A DNA stretch of 57,815 nt from a bacterium (GTDB taxonomy: Bacteria > Verrucomicrobiota > Verrucomicrobiia > Chthoniobacterales > JAFAMB01). The stretch spans positions 1-57,815 of the forward strand of contig JBKPCS010000077.1 of assembly GCA_046727495.1 (NCBI GenBank). Direction: 5' to 3'. The notes under the pieces were generated by a model. That model searched no databases. It had not been told where the DNA came from and saw nothing but the letters and a program-made list of their open reading frames with translations. The position numbers and the translations under genes are program-made. Positions 49,559 through 57,815 of this stretch are shown in pieces (within the stretch, counting starts at the first letter, position 1; each line of letters starts with the position of its first letter).

Positions 49559-52500
49559 ATGAAGGAACTAGGGTATCTCTTCAGCGCGTTCGCTAACCTT
49601 GCGACTTGGGTCAAGGTTGTCATCCTTATTCTACTCGCCACGACGATCATCGGCGCTGCAGCGTTTTTTGGGCCTCACGTCGCTTTGATCGTGGCGATCG
49701 GTTTGCTGTTATTGGCGCTGCTATTTGGGCTGTACCTCCTCGTTGTCTATTGGGTACGCAGGCGAAAAGCAGCGGAAATGCGCGGCGAAATTGCGACCAC
49801 TGCCGCTCATCGGGGGATCACAGATGCGGCCGCGCGCGGCAGAATGGAAGATCTTCGCCGGAATTTTTCTCAAGGGATCTTGAAGTTCGAAGCTGCAGGC
49901 AAAGATTTCTATGGGCTCCCCTGGTACGTGATCGCTGGTGAGCCCGGTTCGGGAAAAACCGAGGCGATCCGACGCTCGCAAGCAGGGTTCCCGCCAGGTT
50001 TGCAAGACGAGTTTCAAGGTGTGGGCGGAACCATCAACATGAATTGGTGGTTCACCAATTACGCTGTCATTCTCGATACGGCGGGCCGGCTGATCTTCGA
50101 AGAGGTCGAGCCCGGTGTGACAAGCGAATGGCGCGAGTTCCTGGGTCTTTTAAAGAAGTATCGGCCGAACTGCCCGGTGAACGGTCTCATGCTGACGATT
50201 CCGGTCGAAAGCCTTGTACGGGATTCGGTCGAGGTGATGGAGCAGAAGGCGGGCAAACTCGCGCGTCAGTTGGATGTCATTCAGAAAGAACTAGACATCC
50301 GGTTCCCGGTGTTTGTGCTCTTGACCAAGTGCGATTTGATTAATGGATTTCGAGAGTTCTTTGATGATCTTGATGATCCGCGCGCTCAGCAACAGATGTT
50401 GGGTTGGTCTAATCCGGCGCCGCTTGACGCACCGTTAAGACCGGAGTTGCTCGATACTCACCTGCGGGCCGTTAGTAAACGGCTGGAGAAACGGCGGCTC
50501 GGTTTGCTTTTGGATCCGGTGGCGGTCGACGGTTCGCATCGACGAGCGGACGAAGTCGATCGTCTGTATGAGTTTCCAACCAGTCTTGCTGCTCTGGCGC
50601 CTCGGCTGAAGCGTTATTTGGAAATCATCTTTGTTGCCGGAGAATGGAGCGCTCGCCCGCCATTTTTGCGAGGCATATATTTTACATCTTCATTGCGGGA
50701 AGGTTCCGAGCTCGATTCTGACTTAGCCGAGGCGATGGGGCTGGCAGTCGATCAATTGCCGGCCGGGCGCGCCTGGGAAAAAGACCGCCCGTTTTTCTTG
50801 CGCGATCTCTTTCTCGACAAGGTGTTCAGGGAAGATGGTCTGGTTACCCGAGCGACCAATACGAATCAGCTTTTGCTCCGACGAAAGCTTTTGCTGTTTG
50901 GCGCTGGTATCGCAGGCCTGGTTGCCTTGTTGGTTTCCGGGCTAATGGGTTATCGATCACTTCAGAGCGGTGTTCTTGCTCAGGATGGTTTTTGGACTCG
51001 CGCCACCGAAGGCTGGAGAGGTAAGACCTGGCAGCCAATTGTGACCCCGGATCCGGGCGGAACCTTATTATACAAGTACCGGGGCGATGAACCGGTAGGG
51101 TACGGGCTCACTGAAGAAACGAAAGCGGAGTTTCATTACGGATATCTAACTCTGGAGCAGTACCAGATCGCTCTGCGGCAGCTTGCAGCCGATCCGCTGC
51201 ACGTACCATGGATATTTGGGTTGTTTGCGCGCTCGGGCGGCGACCCTGATCGGGACCGGGAACAAGCTCAGCGGGTGATGTTCGAGGATAGCGTGGTGAA
51301 ACCGGTGCTCGATTCGACTCGGAAAAAAATGAGCGAACGGGAACCGGAATTTCCGGCGCAGGGTAAAGCGGATCCGCGGCTGGCTGAAAAAGTGAGCACG
51401 CTCGAGGCCAAAGCTTTGGTGGAGCTGATTCGGATCGAGATTGGATTGGTCCGGCGCAAAGAGGCAAATCCCAGCACTTTTCTTGGGCCAACGCTAGAAT
51501 ACGTGGCTGATAAACAGGATCCATCTCGCCTGGTTGAGGTGATGAACTGGACTTATACGGTCAATCCTGACGGCAAAAACAAATGGCCGCCTGACTGGGC
51601 CGGCGGAGGTAACTCTCTTGCTCAAAACGTCCCAATCAAGAACGGGTTGGATCGCCTGATCGCAGATACCAGTCAACGTGTTCAAACTGCGGAGAGCAAC
51701 CTTCGTCAGCTGCTCGATCTGGCAGATAAAGCGCGTCAATACCAAACGACAGAGATCGAACTTTCGACCAAAGCGAACATTAAGGATGACCCGAGCACCA
51801 GCGATCGGGAAGTTGCCGCGATGTTCGACAAGCTGCGAGCGGACAAGGCAACCCTTGAACAGAAAATTGGAGCGGTACGACAGGCGCGCATGTTTGAGGA
51901 TGGACCCGACACTTTGGTTTCAGCTTATCAAAAGCAGACGAGCGCCAACGACACACGGCTTGGGCAGGTAGAGACGATACTGGCGGATATCGAGAAGGTG
52001 GTTCCGACCTTCGATCCAACCAAACCAACCACAAAAATCTTTGAAACAATCAAGGAATCGAATCCGAAACTAGCTCTCCTGAAAGAGATCAAGGCAAAAC
52101 TCCTCCCAGTCGCGCAACAACTCAAGATGCGTGTTCAGACCATTGTGACTCCTCAGCAAGCCGAGGAATTCAAAGCGTTGGATGATGCTGTTTTGACGAC
52201 GGGGCAGGACAAACGTCCAGTTTATCTTCAGCGTTGGGATCTTTATCAAGAATGTCAGGCGACCGCTTCCCAATCGCGATTGGATTCACGGGTAGGACAG
52301 AAATGGACGCCACTGACCCAGTTGGGATCGGTGCTGGAATCGACGCAAGCAAGGGTCGAAGGCTATCGAGGCAAGCTCAAGGAACCGTTTGTCACAACCT
52401 GTAACTATTTACTTCGACGGGCAGAAGATACCCACCGGGAGGCGGTAGGAGTCGATTATTTGAAAAACGCCAAATTGCTGCTGCGAACCAGGTTGCGGTT

Positions 52501-53251
52501 CCCGTTACTGTGGCCGCCGACTGCTGATAATCAGTCGATGAGCGTAGACCAAGTGCGGGATGCCAAGGGGTTGATCGCTGCCATCCGTCGCGACGTTCAA
52601 TCCGACGCGGTTGCCAAACTGGCACCGGCCACCCGTCAGGCGCTAACGGAATTTTCAAAAGGACTAAACAACGTCGACGCTCTTTGTGATGCCTTGATGA
52701 GACCAGATGGTATGGCTTCGACCGCCACGGTTACCCTGATGAATGGCCAGGCCCAAAAACAGTTGTCTGGACCAGATCTCGCACCGCTGCCAACACCGCC
52801 TCCCGTGCCGACTCCCCCGAAGCGGTCGATCCTCAGCCAGCTGTTCGTAGGGGATAAACCTGCGCCTACGCCGATTCCGACTCCTCCTTACAATATACGG
52901 AACTGGAATTCGGTACAGATGAGTGGCTCGCATGTAGTACCGGTTGATACGCCGTCCGACGTGTTGCTTGGAAAGGTCCGACTAAGCGAAAATTTTCGAT
53001 TCGCACTTTATCACACGCCAACAGGGGGCGGCGGAGGAGAGTCGGTAAACCTTGGTGCGAACTGGTCGGCCCTGCGATTGCTCGGGCGCGGCGCTAAGCC
53101 AGTTGATGCTGGTCAGCTATGGCGAGTTGCGCTAAAACCTGGCGAGCCGACGGCTGTGTGGCTGCAAGTCAGCTTCGAACGCCCTTTACCGGCTCTCGAC
53201 GCATGGCCGACAATCGACAGCCTTGGTTTACGAGATGTCGTGGGACCATGA
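49559..53251 (+). CDS. tssM: T6SS membrane core TssM (IcmF)
   Basis: Two N-terminal TMs; [65 protein letters not shown]; TM; long periplasmic domain ending NWSALRLL. Confidence 0.93.
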   Translation: MKELGYLFSAFANLATWVKVVILILLATTIIGAAAFFGPHVALIVAIGLLLLALLFGLYLLVVYWVRRRKAAEMRGEIATTAAHRGITDAAARGRMEDLRRNFSQGILKFEAAGKDFYGLPWYVIAGEPGSGKTEAIRRSQAGFPPGLQDEFQGVGGTINMNWWFTNYAVILDTAGRLIFEEVEPGVTSEWREFLGLLKKYRPNCPVNGLMLTIPVESLVRDSVEVMEQKAGKLARQLDVIQKELDIRFPVFVLLTKCDLINGFREFFDDLDDPRAQQQMLGWSNPAPLDAPLRPELLDTHLRAVSKRLEKRRLGLLLDPVAVDGSHRRADEVDRLYEFPTSLAALAPRLKRYLEIIFVAGEWSARPPFLRGIYFTSSLREGSELDSDLAEAMGLAVDQLPAGRAWEKDRPFFLRDLFLDKVFREDGLVTRATNTNQLLLRRKLLLFGAGIAGLVALLVSGLMGYRSLQSGVLAQDGFWTRATEGWRGKTWQPIVTPDPGGTLLYKYRGDEPVGYGLTEETKAEFHYGYLTLEQYQIALRQLAADPLHVPWIFGLFARSGGDPDRDREQAQRVMFEDSVVKPVLDSTRKKMSEREPEFPAQGKADPRLAEKVSTLEAKALVELIRIEIGLVRRKEANPSTFLGPTLEYVADKQDPSRLVEVMNWTYTVNPDGKNKWPPDWAGGGNSLAQNVPIKNGLDRLIADTSQRVQTAESNLRQLLDLADKARQYQTTEIELSTKANIKDDPSTSDREVAAMFDKLRADKATLEQKIGAVRQARMFEDGPDTLVSAYQKQTSANDTRLGQVETILADIEKVVPTFDPTKPTTKIFETIKESNPKLALLKEIKAKLLPVAQQLKMRVQTIVTPQQAEEFKALDDAVLTTGQDKRPVYLQRWDLYQECQATASQSRLDSRVGQKWTPLTQLGSVLESTQARVEGYRGKLKEPFVTTCNYLLRRAEDTHREAVGVDYLKNAKLLLRTRLRFPLLWPPTADNQSMSVDQVRDAKGLIAAIRRDVQSDAVAKLAPATRQALTEFSKGLNNVDALCDALMRPDGMASTATVTLMNGQAQKQLSGPDLAPLPTPPPVPTPPKRSILSQLFVGDKPAPTPIPTPPYNIRNWNSVQMSGSHVVPVDTPSDVLLGKVRLSENFRFALYHTPTGGGGGESVNLGANWSALRLLGRGAKPVDAGQLWRVALKPGEPTAVWLQVSFERPLPALDAWPTIDSLGLRDVVGP

Positions 53252-53432
53252 ACGACAAAAGATCTCACGCAGAAGTCGCAGAGGAAGGCAGAGGACTGAG
53301 ATCTATTGTCATTTCCTCCGCGCTTCTCTGCGGCCTTTGCGCGAAGCAAATTGAGGTTTTCCGTGGGACCCGAGACCCGGCCTGTCCGGCGAAGCCATGG
53401 CGAAGTCGAAAACTCGGAAGCCGGAACCTGGA

Positions 53433-54347
53433 ATGACTCGTTTCCAACGGACATTTCTGCGCGATCCGATTGGTGAGAAAGTCTATGCTGCGGCCTTTGG
53501 GAAACATCCGGCCTGGGACGACCACATCGACGATATTGGCCTGGTCACAGAGACCATGGTGCTGGCGAAGCAGTTGCTTTATTCCCAAGGGATCGCTAGC
53601 CAGCTAGCCAGTGGGGCATGGGACCAGATCGAGCGCGCTGGACAATCTCTGGAGTTTGACCATCGCTTCGTTTGGGCGCGGAAAGAGCAGGCGCTAGTTG
53701 GCGCCATTCATGCCTCCAGCGACGGAAAAGGAAGAGCCCGTTTCCCAATGGTCGTTTCTATCCAAGCTCCGGTTAATGGTTTAAGGGCCGTTCAGATTTA
53801 TCTTCCTCAGGCTGAGAAGCTGGGAACTCGGTGCAAGGCCGCGCTCACACGCGATGAATTTCGAGCTGCAGTTGACCTTGCCAATAAGGAACTGAATGCT
53901 TTTCGACTACTCTCGGAAACTCAACCAGGGGTTGCTCATCCCGAGGTCGGCAGTAATCCGACTGTCATCGAGTTGGCCGCCCATCTTCTGGAAGCCTCGA
54001 GGGATTCCCGTGCCAGCCGGTTTCGCTTGCCTGCTGTATCGCCGAGAGTCCGGGACAATCTCGAATTTTGGGTTGGATACCTGGGACTTCATGTGCAACC
54101 AGCGCAACCTTTTATTCTGGTTGCTGCCGCCGGAGCATTACCAATCGACCTTCGTATTGGCGAACCAGAATCAAACGACTGGTTCTGTCTTCGCGCCAAC
54201 GAGGGAGCATTTCCGATCACAAAACCGAAAGAAGCTGCCTCCCAGCGGCGTGAGCAGCAGGTAAAAGAGTATCTTGAGTGGTTCAGATTGGGTAGCGGCC
54301 CGCGACCAGCCAACCGTAGCGGGTGGAGAAGATTGTTCGGGCTGTAG
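53433..54347 (+). CDS. TagF-like T6SS accessory protein
   Basis: FGKHPAWDDH, G....SSDGKGR.RFP matches the TagF FGK.P..GDF / S.D.VGR.FP pattern; directly after tssM. Confidence 0.75.
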   Translation: MTRFQRTFLRDPIGEKVYAAAFGKHPAWDDHIDDIGLVTETMVLAKQLLYSQGIASQLASGAWDQIERAGQSLEFDHRFVWARKEQALVGAIHASSDGKGRARFPMVVSIQAPVNGLRAVQIYLPQAEKLGTRCKAALTRDEFRAAVDLANKELNAFRLLSETQPGVAHPEVGSNPTVIELAAHLLEASRDSRASRFRLPAVSPRVRDNLEFWVGYLGLHVQPAQPFILVAAAGALPIDLRIGEPESNDWFCLRANEGAFPITKPKEAASQRREQQVKEYLEWFRLGSGPRPANRSGWRRLFGL

Positions 54348-54689
54348 CAGGGGAAACGCCGTCACCGCCGTCATCGCCGTCAACGCCGAGAGCTGACAGA
54401 AAGAGATACGAACAGAAGAGCACGAAGGAAAACAAAAAAAGTGAGCGGTTTCTTGGTCTTTGCGACTTTCCGCCTTCTTGGTAGCTCCGTCGCGACAAGT
54501 TCCTGCTCGATCTCTAGCCCAGAACACGAGGCCCGAAACCAAGGATACCCATGGCCTTTCGCTGCCGGCGATGTCGACGATGACGGCGCTGTCGGCGTTC
54601 CCAGTCTACTACCATCGTGTACTACCCATCTGGCATGAAGCTGGTCATTATACCGTGAAACTGATAGGCTCGGTTCCTGTATATTCTAT

Positions 54690-55685
54690 ATGTTGACGGT
54701 TGAAGACCTGATCGCGCCATTATCTCCGGAGAAGCCATGTGGAGAGGATCTCTCCTACGATCACGCCTTGCAGGAACTGGAGACGATGATTCAAGGGAAG
54801 CCCGAGACCCAGTTTTCGGAAGCTGAGGAAGCGAACTGGCGCGAAGTCCGCGAGCGTTGCCTGGAACTATTCGCTCGGACAAAGGATCTACGGGTCGCAA
54901 TTGACCTGACACTCGCATGGCTTCAGGAACAAGGGTTTCTCGGTTTAGCTTCCGGACTCCGCCTCGTGCACGGCCTTTTGGCGCAGTACTGGGAACCGCT
55001 TTATCCGTTGCTCGACCCGGAGACCGGGAACGACCCTTTAGAACGGATGAATCTGTTGTCTGCTTTTGTGGCCCCGGAAGGAACCTTTGGCGACCCCATG
55101 CAATTCTTGCGACGGATAAGACGAGCGCCCCTTTGTCATTCCAAACGATTGGGCAGATTTTCGCTCTATCAGGTTCAAGCCGCCAGCGGTAAGTCAGATG
55201 CCCCGGCTGACGGCAGCGTTCCGGATACTGGTACGATCGACGCGGGGTTCCGTGATTCGGATCCAGCCTATTTGACGCAAGTGGATGACGCCATCGGTGT
55301 ATCCATTGCTGAAGTCAATGGGATGGCAGAGTTCCTGGACCGTACGGTTGGAGTCACCAAAACGTTCAGCTTCGAACCACTGAAAGCCGTTTTGTTGGAT
55401 GCGCGTAAACACCTCCGGCAATACTTATCTACACCCGGCGGCGAGGAAGCAATGGAAAAGCAGGAAGCGACTACAACCGCCGCAGCGACGACTCCAGGAA
55501 CGATTCAGTCCAGGAGCGATGTGGTTCGGTCCCTCGAGGCTATTTGCGCATACTACGAACGTTCCGAGCCCTCCAGCCCTGTGTTGCCTCTTTTGCGCCG
55601 GACGCAGCAACTGGTGGGCAAGAGCTTCAACGAGATCCTTCAAGAATTAGCGCCTGAAACGGTCGCTCAGGTAAAACTGTTATAA
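54690..55685 (+). CDS. tssA: T6SS protein TssA (ImpA N-terminal domain, short type)
   Basis: PLSPEKPCGEDLSYD, NWREV...L..RTKDLRV, GL..V..LL..YWEPLYP, I.SR.DV...L..IC.YY...EPSSPV. Confidence 0.93.
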   Translation: MLTVEDLIAPLSPEKPCGEDLSYDHALQELETMIQGKPETQFSEAEEANWREVRERCLELFARTKDLRVAIDLTLAWLQEQGFLGLASGLRLVHGLLAQYWEPLYPLLDPETGNDPLERMNLLSAFVAPEGTFGDPMQFLRRIRRAPLCHSKRLGRFSLYQVQAASGKSDAPADGSVPDTGTIDAGFRDSDPAYLTQVDDAIGVSIAEVNGMAEFLDRTVGVTKTFSFEPLKAVLLDARKHLRQYLSTPGGEEAMEKQEATTTAAATTPGTIQSRSDVVRSLEAICAYYERSEPSSPVLPLLRRTQQLVGKSFNEILQELAPETVAQVKLL

Positions 55686-55782
55686 TACCATGGCGAGCGT
55701 ATCCCAATTTCTCCTTGCTTTAAAACAGCGGGCAACCGCACAATAAACGTTCCACAGAACAATCAAACCCTGGGTTCTTATT

Positions 55783-56307
55783 ATGGCAGCTGGCGATAGT
55801 CAAAAATTCATCGGACGAAACCGTCCTCCTCGCGTTCAAATCGAATATGATGTGGAGGTTTACGGTTCGGAAAAGAAAGTACAACTACCCTTTGTAGCCG
55901 GGGTAATGGCGGATCTGTCGGGCAAGCCTACGGAACCTTTGCCGTCGCTGGAAGAAAGGAAATTCCTCGAAATCGATATAGATAATTTCGATGAGCGGAT
56001 GAAAGCCATCAAACCACGCGTGGCGTTTCAGGTGCCAAATACTTTGACCGGGGAAGGCAACGTGCCGGTCGAAATGACTTTTGAAAAAATGGATGATTTT
56101 TCACCTGCAGCCGTCGCTAAGAGCGTCGAGCCGCTTAACAAGCTACTGACAGCTCGGCAGCAGTTAGGTAATTTGATTGCATACATGGATGGTAAATCCG
56201 GCGCGGAGGATGTCCTGCAAAAGCTGTTAGCCGATCCAGCCTTGCTTCAGGCAGTCGCCAATACGCCCAGACCTGCTGAGGAAGAAAAACCGGCAGCTGG
56301 CGCGTAA
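55783..56307 (+). CDS. tssB: T6SS contractile sheath small subunit TssB
   Basis: QKFIGRNRPPRVQIEYDVE, LPFVAGVMADLSG, IDIDNFD, MDDFSPAAV, LLTARQQL. Confidence 0.97.
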   Translation: MAAGDSQKFIGRNRPPRVQIEYDVEVYGSEKKVQLPFVAGVMADLSGKPTEPLPSLEERKFLEIDIDNFDERMKAIKPRVAFQVPNTLTGEGNVPVEMTFEKMDDFSPAAVAKSVEPLNKLLTARQQLGNLIAYMDGKSGAEDVLQKLLADPALLQAVANTPRPAEEEKPAAGA

Positions 56308-56345
56308 TGAACTGAATGATTGGTAGTTCTTAACTTCATATTGCT

Positions 56346-57815
56346 ATGGCTGAGAAGAATCCCGCTAGAACTGAAGCAGCTTCTGTCGCGACAGAAGCGC
56401 AACCAGCAGAGCTTAGTGAGTTTGATGCTTTGCTGACTAAGGAGTTCAAACCGAAAACAACCCAGGCACAGGAGGCGATCCAATCTGCGGTCCGGACCCT
56501 TGCGGCGCAAGCTCTGCAAGGCGCGCAGCTGATATCGCCTGATGTGTTGCGGACAGTAGAAGCGATGATCACCGAGCTTGATCGCAAGCTGTCCGAGCAG
56601 ATCAACCTGATTATTCATCACGAAGATTTCAAGGCTCTGGAAGGCGCGTGGCGCGGCTTGCACCACTTGGTAACGAATACGGAGGTCGACGAGCATCTTA
56701 AGATTCGCTTCCTTAATATTTCCAAGAAAGAGATCGGGCGAGCGATTCGCAGCTTCAAAGGGGTCGCCTGGGATCAGAGTCCGTTGTTCAAGAAACTGTA
56801 TGAAGAGGAATTTGGAACGCCTGGCGGTTCGCCATACGGAGTTTTGATCGGCGACTATCACTTCGATCATTCCGCGCCCGACGTTGAAATCTTGAACGGC
56901 ATGGGCCAGATCGCTGCTGCAGCGCATGCGCCATTCATCGCCGGTGCAGCTCCAACTTTGATGAACATGGAGTCATGGCAGGAACTGAGCAATCCGCGCG
57001 ATCTCACTAAAATCTTCCAGACTCCTGAGTACGCTCCGTGGCGGTCACTCAGGGCTGCGGAAAACTCGCGCTACATCGGATTGGCCATGCCGCGGTTCTT
57101 ATCGCGGCTGCCTTACGATCCGAAGAATAATCCGATCGACGAGTTCGCGTTCGAGGAAGACACGGCGAGCGGTGATCACTCCAAATATGTGTGGTCGAAT
57201 TCCGCCTACGCCATGGGAACGAATATTACGCGAGCGTTTAAGCTTTACGGCTGGTGTTCCCGCATTCGCGGCGTGGAGAGCGGCGGCATGCTGGACAGTC
57301 TACCTTGTCATACATTCCCGACCGACGACGGCGGCATCGATATGAAATGTCCGACCGAGATCGCGATCACTGACCGGCGCGAGGCTGAATTAGCCAAGGC
57401 AGGGATGATGCCCTTGTCGCACTGGAAAAACACGGATTATGCCGTTTTTATCGGTGCACAGTCACTGCAGAAACCGACTGAGTATGAAGATCCCGATGCG
57501 ACAGCCAACGCGAATCTCGCGGCGAGGCTGCCTTACCTTTTTGCGGTTTGCCGATTCGCCCACTATCTGAAGTGTATCGTTCGTGATAAAATCGGCACCT
57601 TCAAAGAGCGGGAAGACATGGAGCGGTGGTTAAACCAGTGGATTACCCAATACGTTACCGCTGATCCGACCGCCAGCGACAAAGTAAAGTCGGAATTTCC
57701 ATTGGCCGCGGCTGAGGTAACTGTTGAGAGCGTGGAGGGTAATCCGGGATGGTACACGTCAAAGTTTTTCCTCCGGCCGCATTTCCAGTTGGAGGGACTG
57801 ACCGCGTCGTTACGG
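56346..57815 (+). CDS. tssC: T6SS contractile sheath large subunit TssC (3' end outside the window)
   Basis: Open frame from ATG 56346: LDRKLSEQIN.IIHH.DF..LEGAWRGL, LFKKLYEEEFGTPGG.PYG, AAHAPF, PRFLSRLPY, CPTEIAITDRREAEL, LPYLF...RFAHYLK, LRPHFQLEG. Confidence 0.97.
   Translation, partial: MAEKNPARTEAASVATEAQPAELSEFDALLTKEFKPKTTQAQEAIQSAVRTLAAQALQGAQLISPDVLRTVEAMITELDRKLSEQINLIIHHEDFKALEGAWRGLHHLVTNTEVDEHLKIRFLNISKKEIGRAIRSFKGVAWDQSPLFKKLYEEEFGTPGGSPYGVLIGDYHFDHSAPDVEILNGMGQIAAAAHAPFIAGAAPTLMNMESWQELSNPRDLTKIFQTPEYAPWRSLRAAENSRYIGLAMPRFLSRLPYDPKNNPIDEFAFEEDTASGDHSKYVWSNSAYAMGTNITRAFKLYGWCSRIRGVESGGMLDSLPCHTFPTDDGGIDMKCPTEIAITDRREAELAKAGMMPLSHWKNTDYAVFIGAQSLQKPTEYEDPDATANANLAARLPYLFAVCRFAHYLKCIVRDKIGTFKEREDMERWLNQWITQYVTADPTASDKVKSEFPLAAAEVTVESVEGNPGWYTSKFFLRPHFQLEGLTASLR

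Noticed and set aside
8221-54600. Repeat clusters as CRISPR arrays
   Set aside because: Units are 6-9 nt degenerate tandem repeats or isolated hairpins; there are no 23-47 nt direct repeats with regular unique spacers and no cas genes
19087-56927. Long overlapping or antisense ORFs (e.g. 19087..19767, 25097..25747, 34802..35443, 42197..42922, 56247..56927)
   Set aside because: Shadow frames of well-supported genes in GC-rich DNA, with no motifs

Overview
A gene-dense bacterial chromosomal segment. Gene content and repeat style suggest a soil Verrucomicrobiota (Chthoniobacterales-like) organism; this is an inference. It contains, in order: a PAS-PAS hybrid histidine kinase with a divergent stand-alone HisKA mini-protein; a TIGR03118 secreted protein; priA, a lytic transglycosylase, folP and a HisJ-family PHP phosphatase; an M61 peptidase; a GntR plus frameshifted DUF1648/DUF5808 locus; TetR divergent from hopanoid hpnH; an L,D-transpeptidase and a cytidine deaminase; two sugar ABC systems (ytfQ, a fused ytfR-ytfT, yjfF; and a CUT1 SBP with two permeases); scattered sugar/polyol catabolic enzymes; alkD, DUF899, USP, TauE and cls; and the first ~11.5 kb of an atypical type VI secretion locus (FHA-less TagH-like, tssK, tssL, tssM, tagF-like, tssA, tssB, tssC running off the end, with no tssJ at its usual position). 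Two paralogous GT-C-like membrane proteins lie ~23 kb apart. No rRNA, tRNA, CRISPR or transposase was recognised. The most striking non-gene signal is that most intergenic spacers hold elements built from degenerate 6-, 7- or 9-nt tandem repeats, often as inverted arms, plus several REP-like palindrome families. These start at stop codons, flank gene remnants and have been read into proteins. The linker of the ytfR-ytfT fusion contains two different REP-like elements, and one permease start codon lies in the loop of a heptamer-repeat hairpin.
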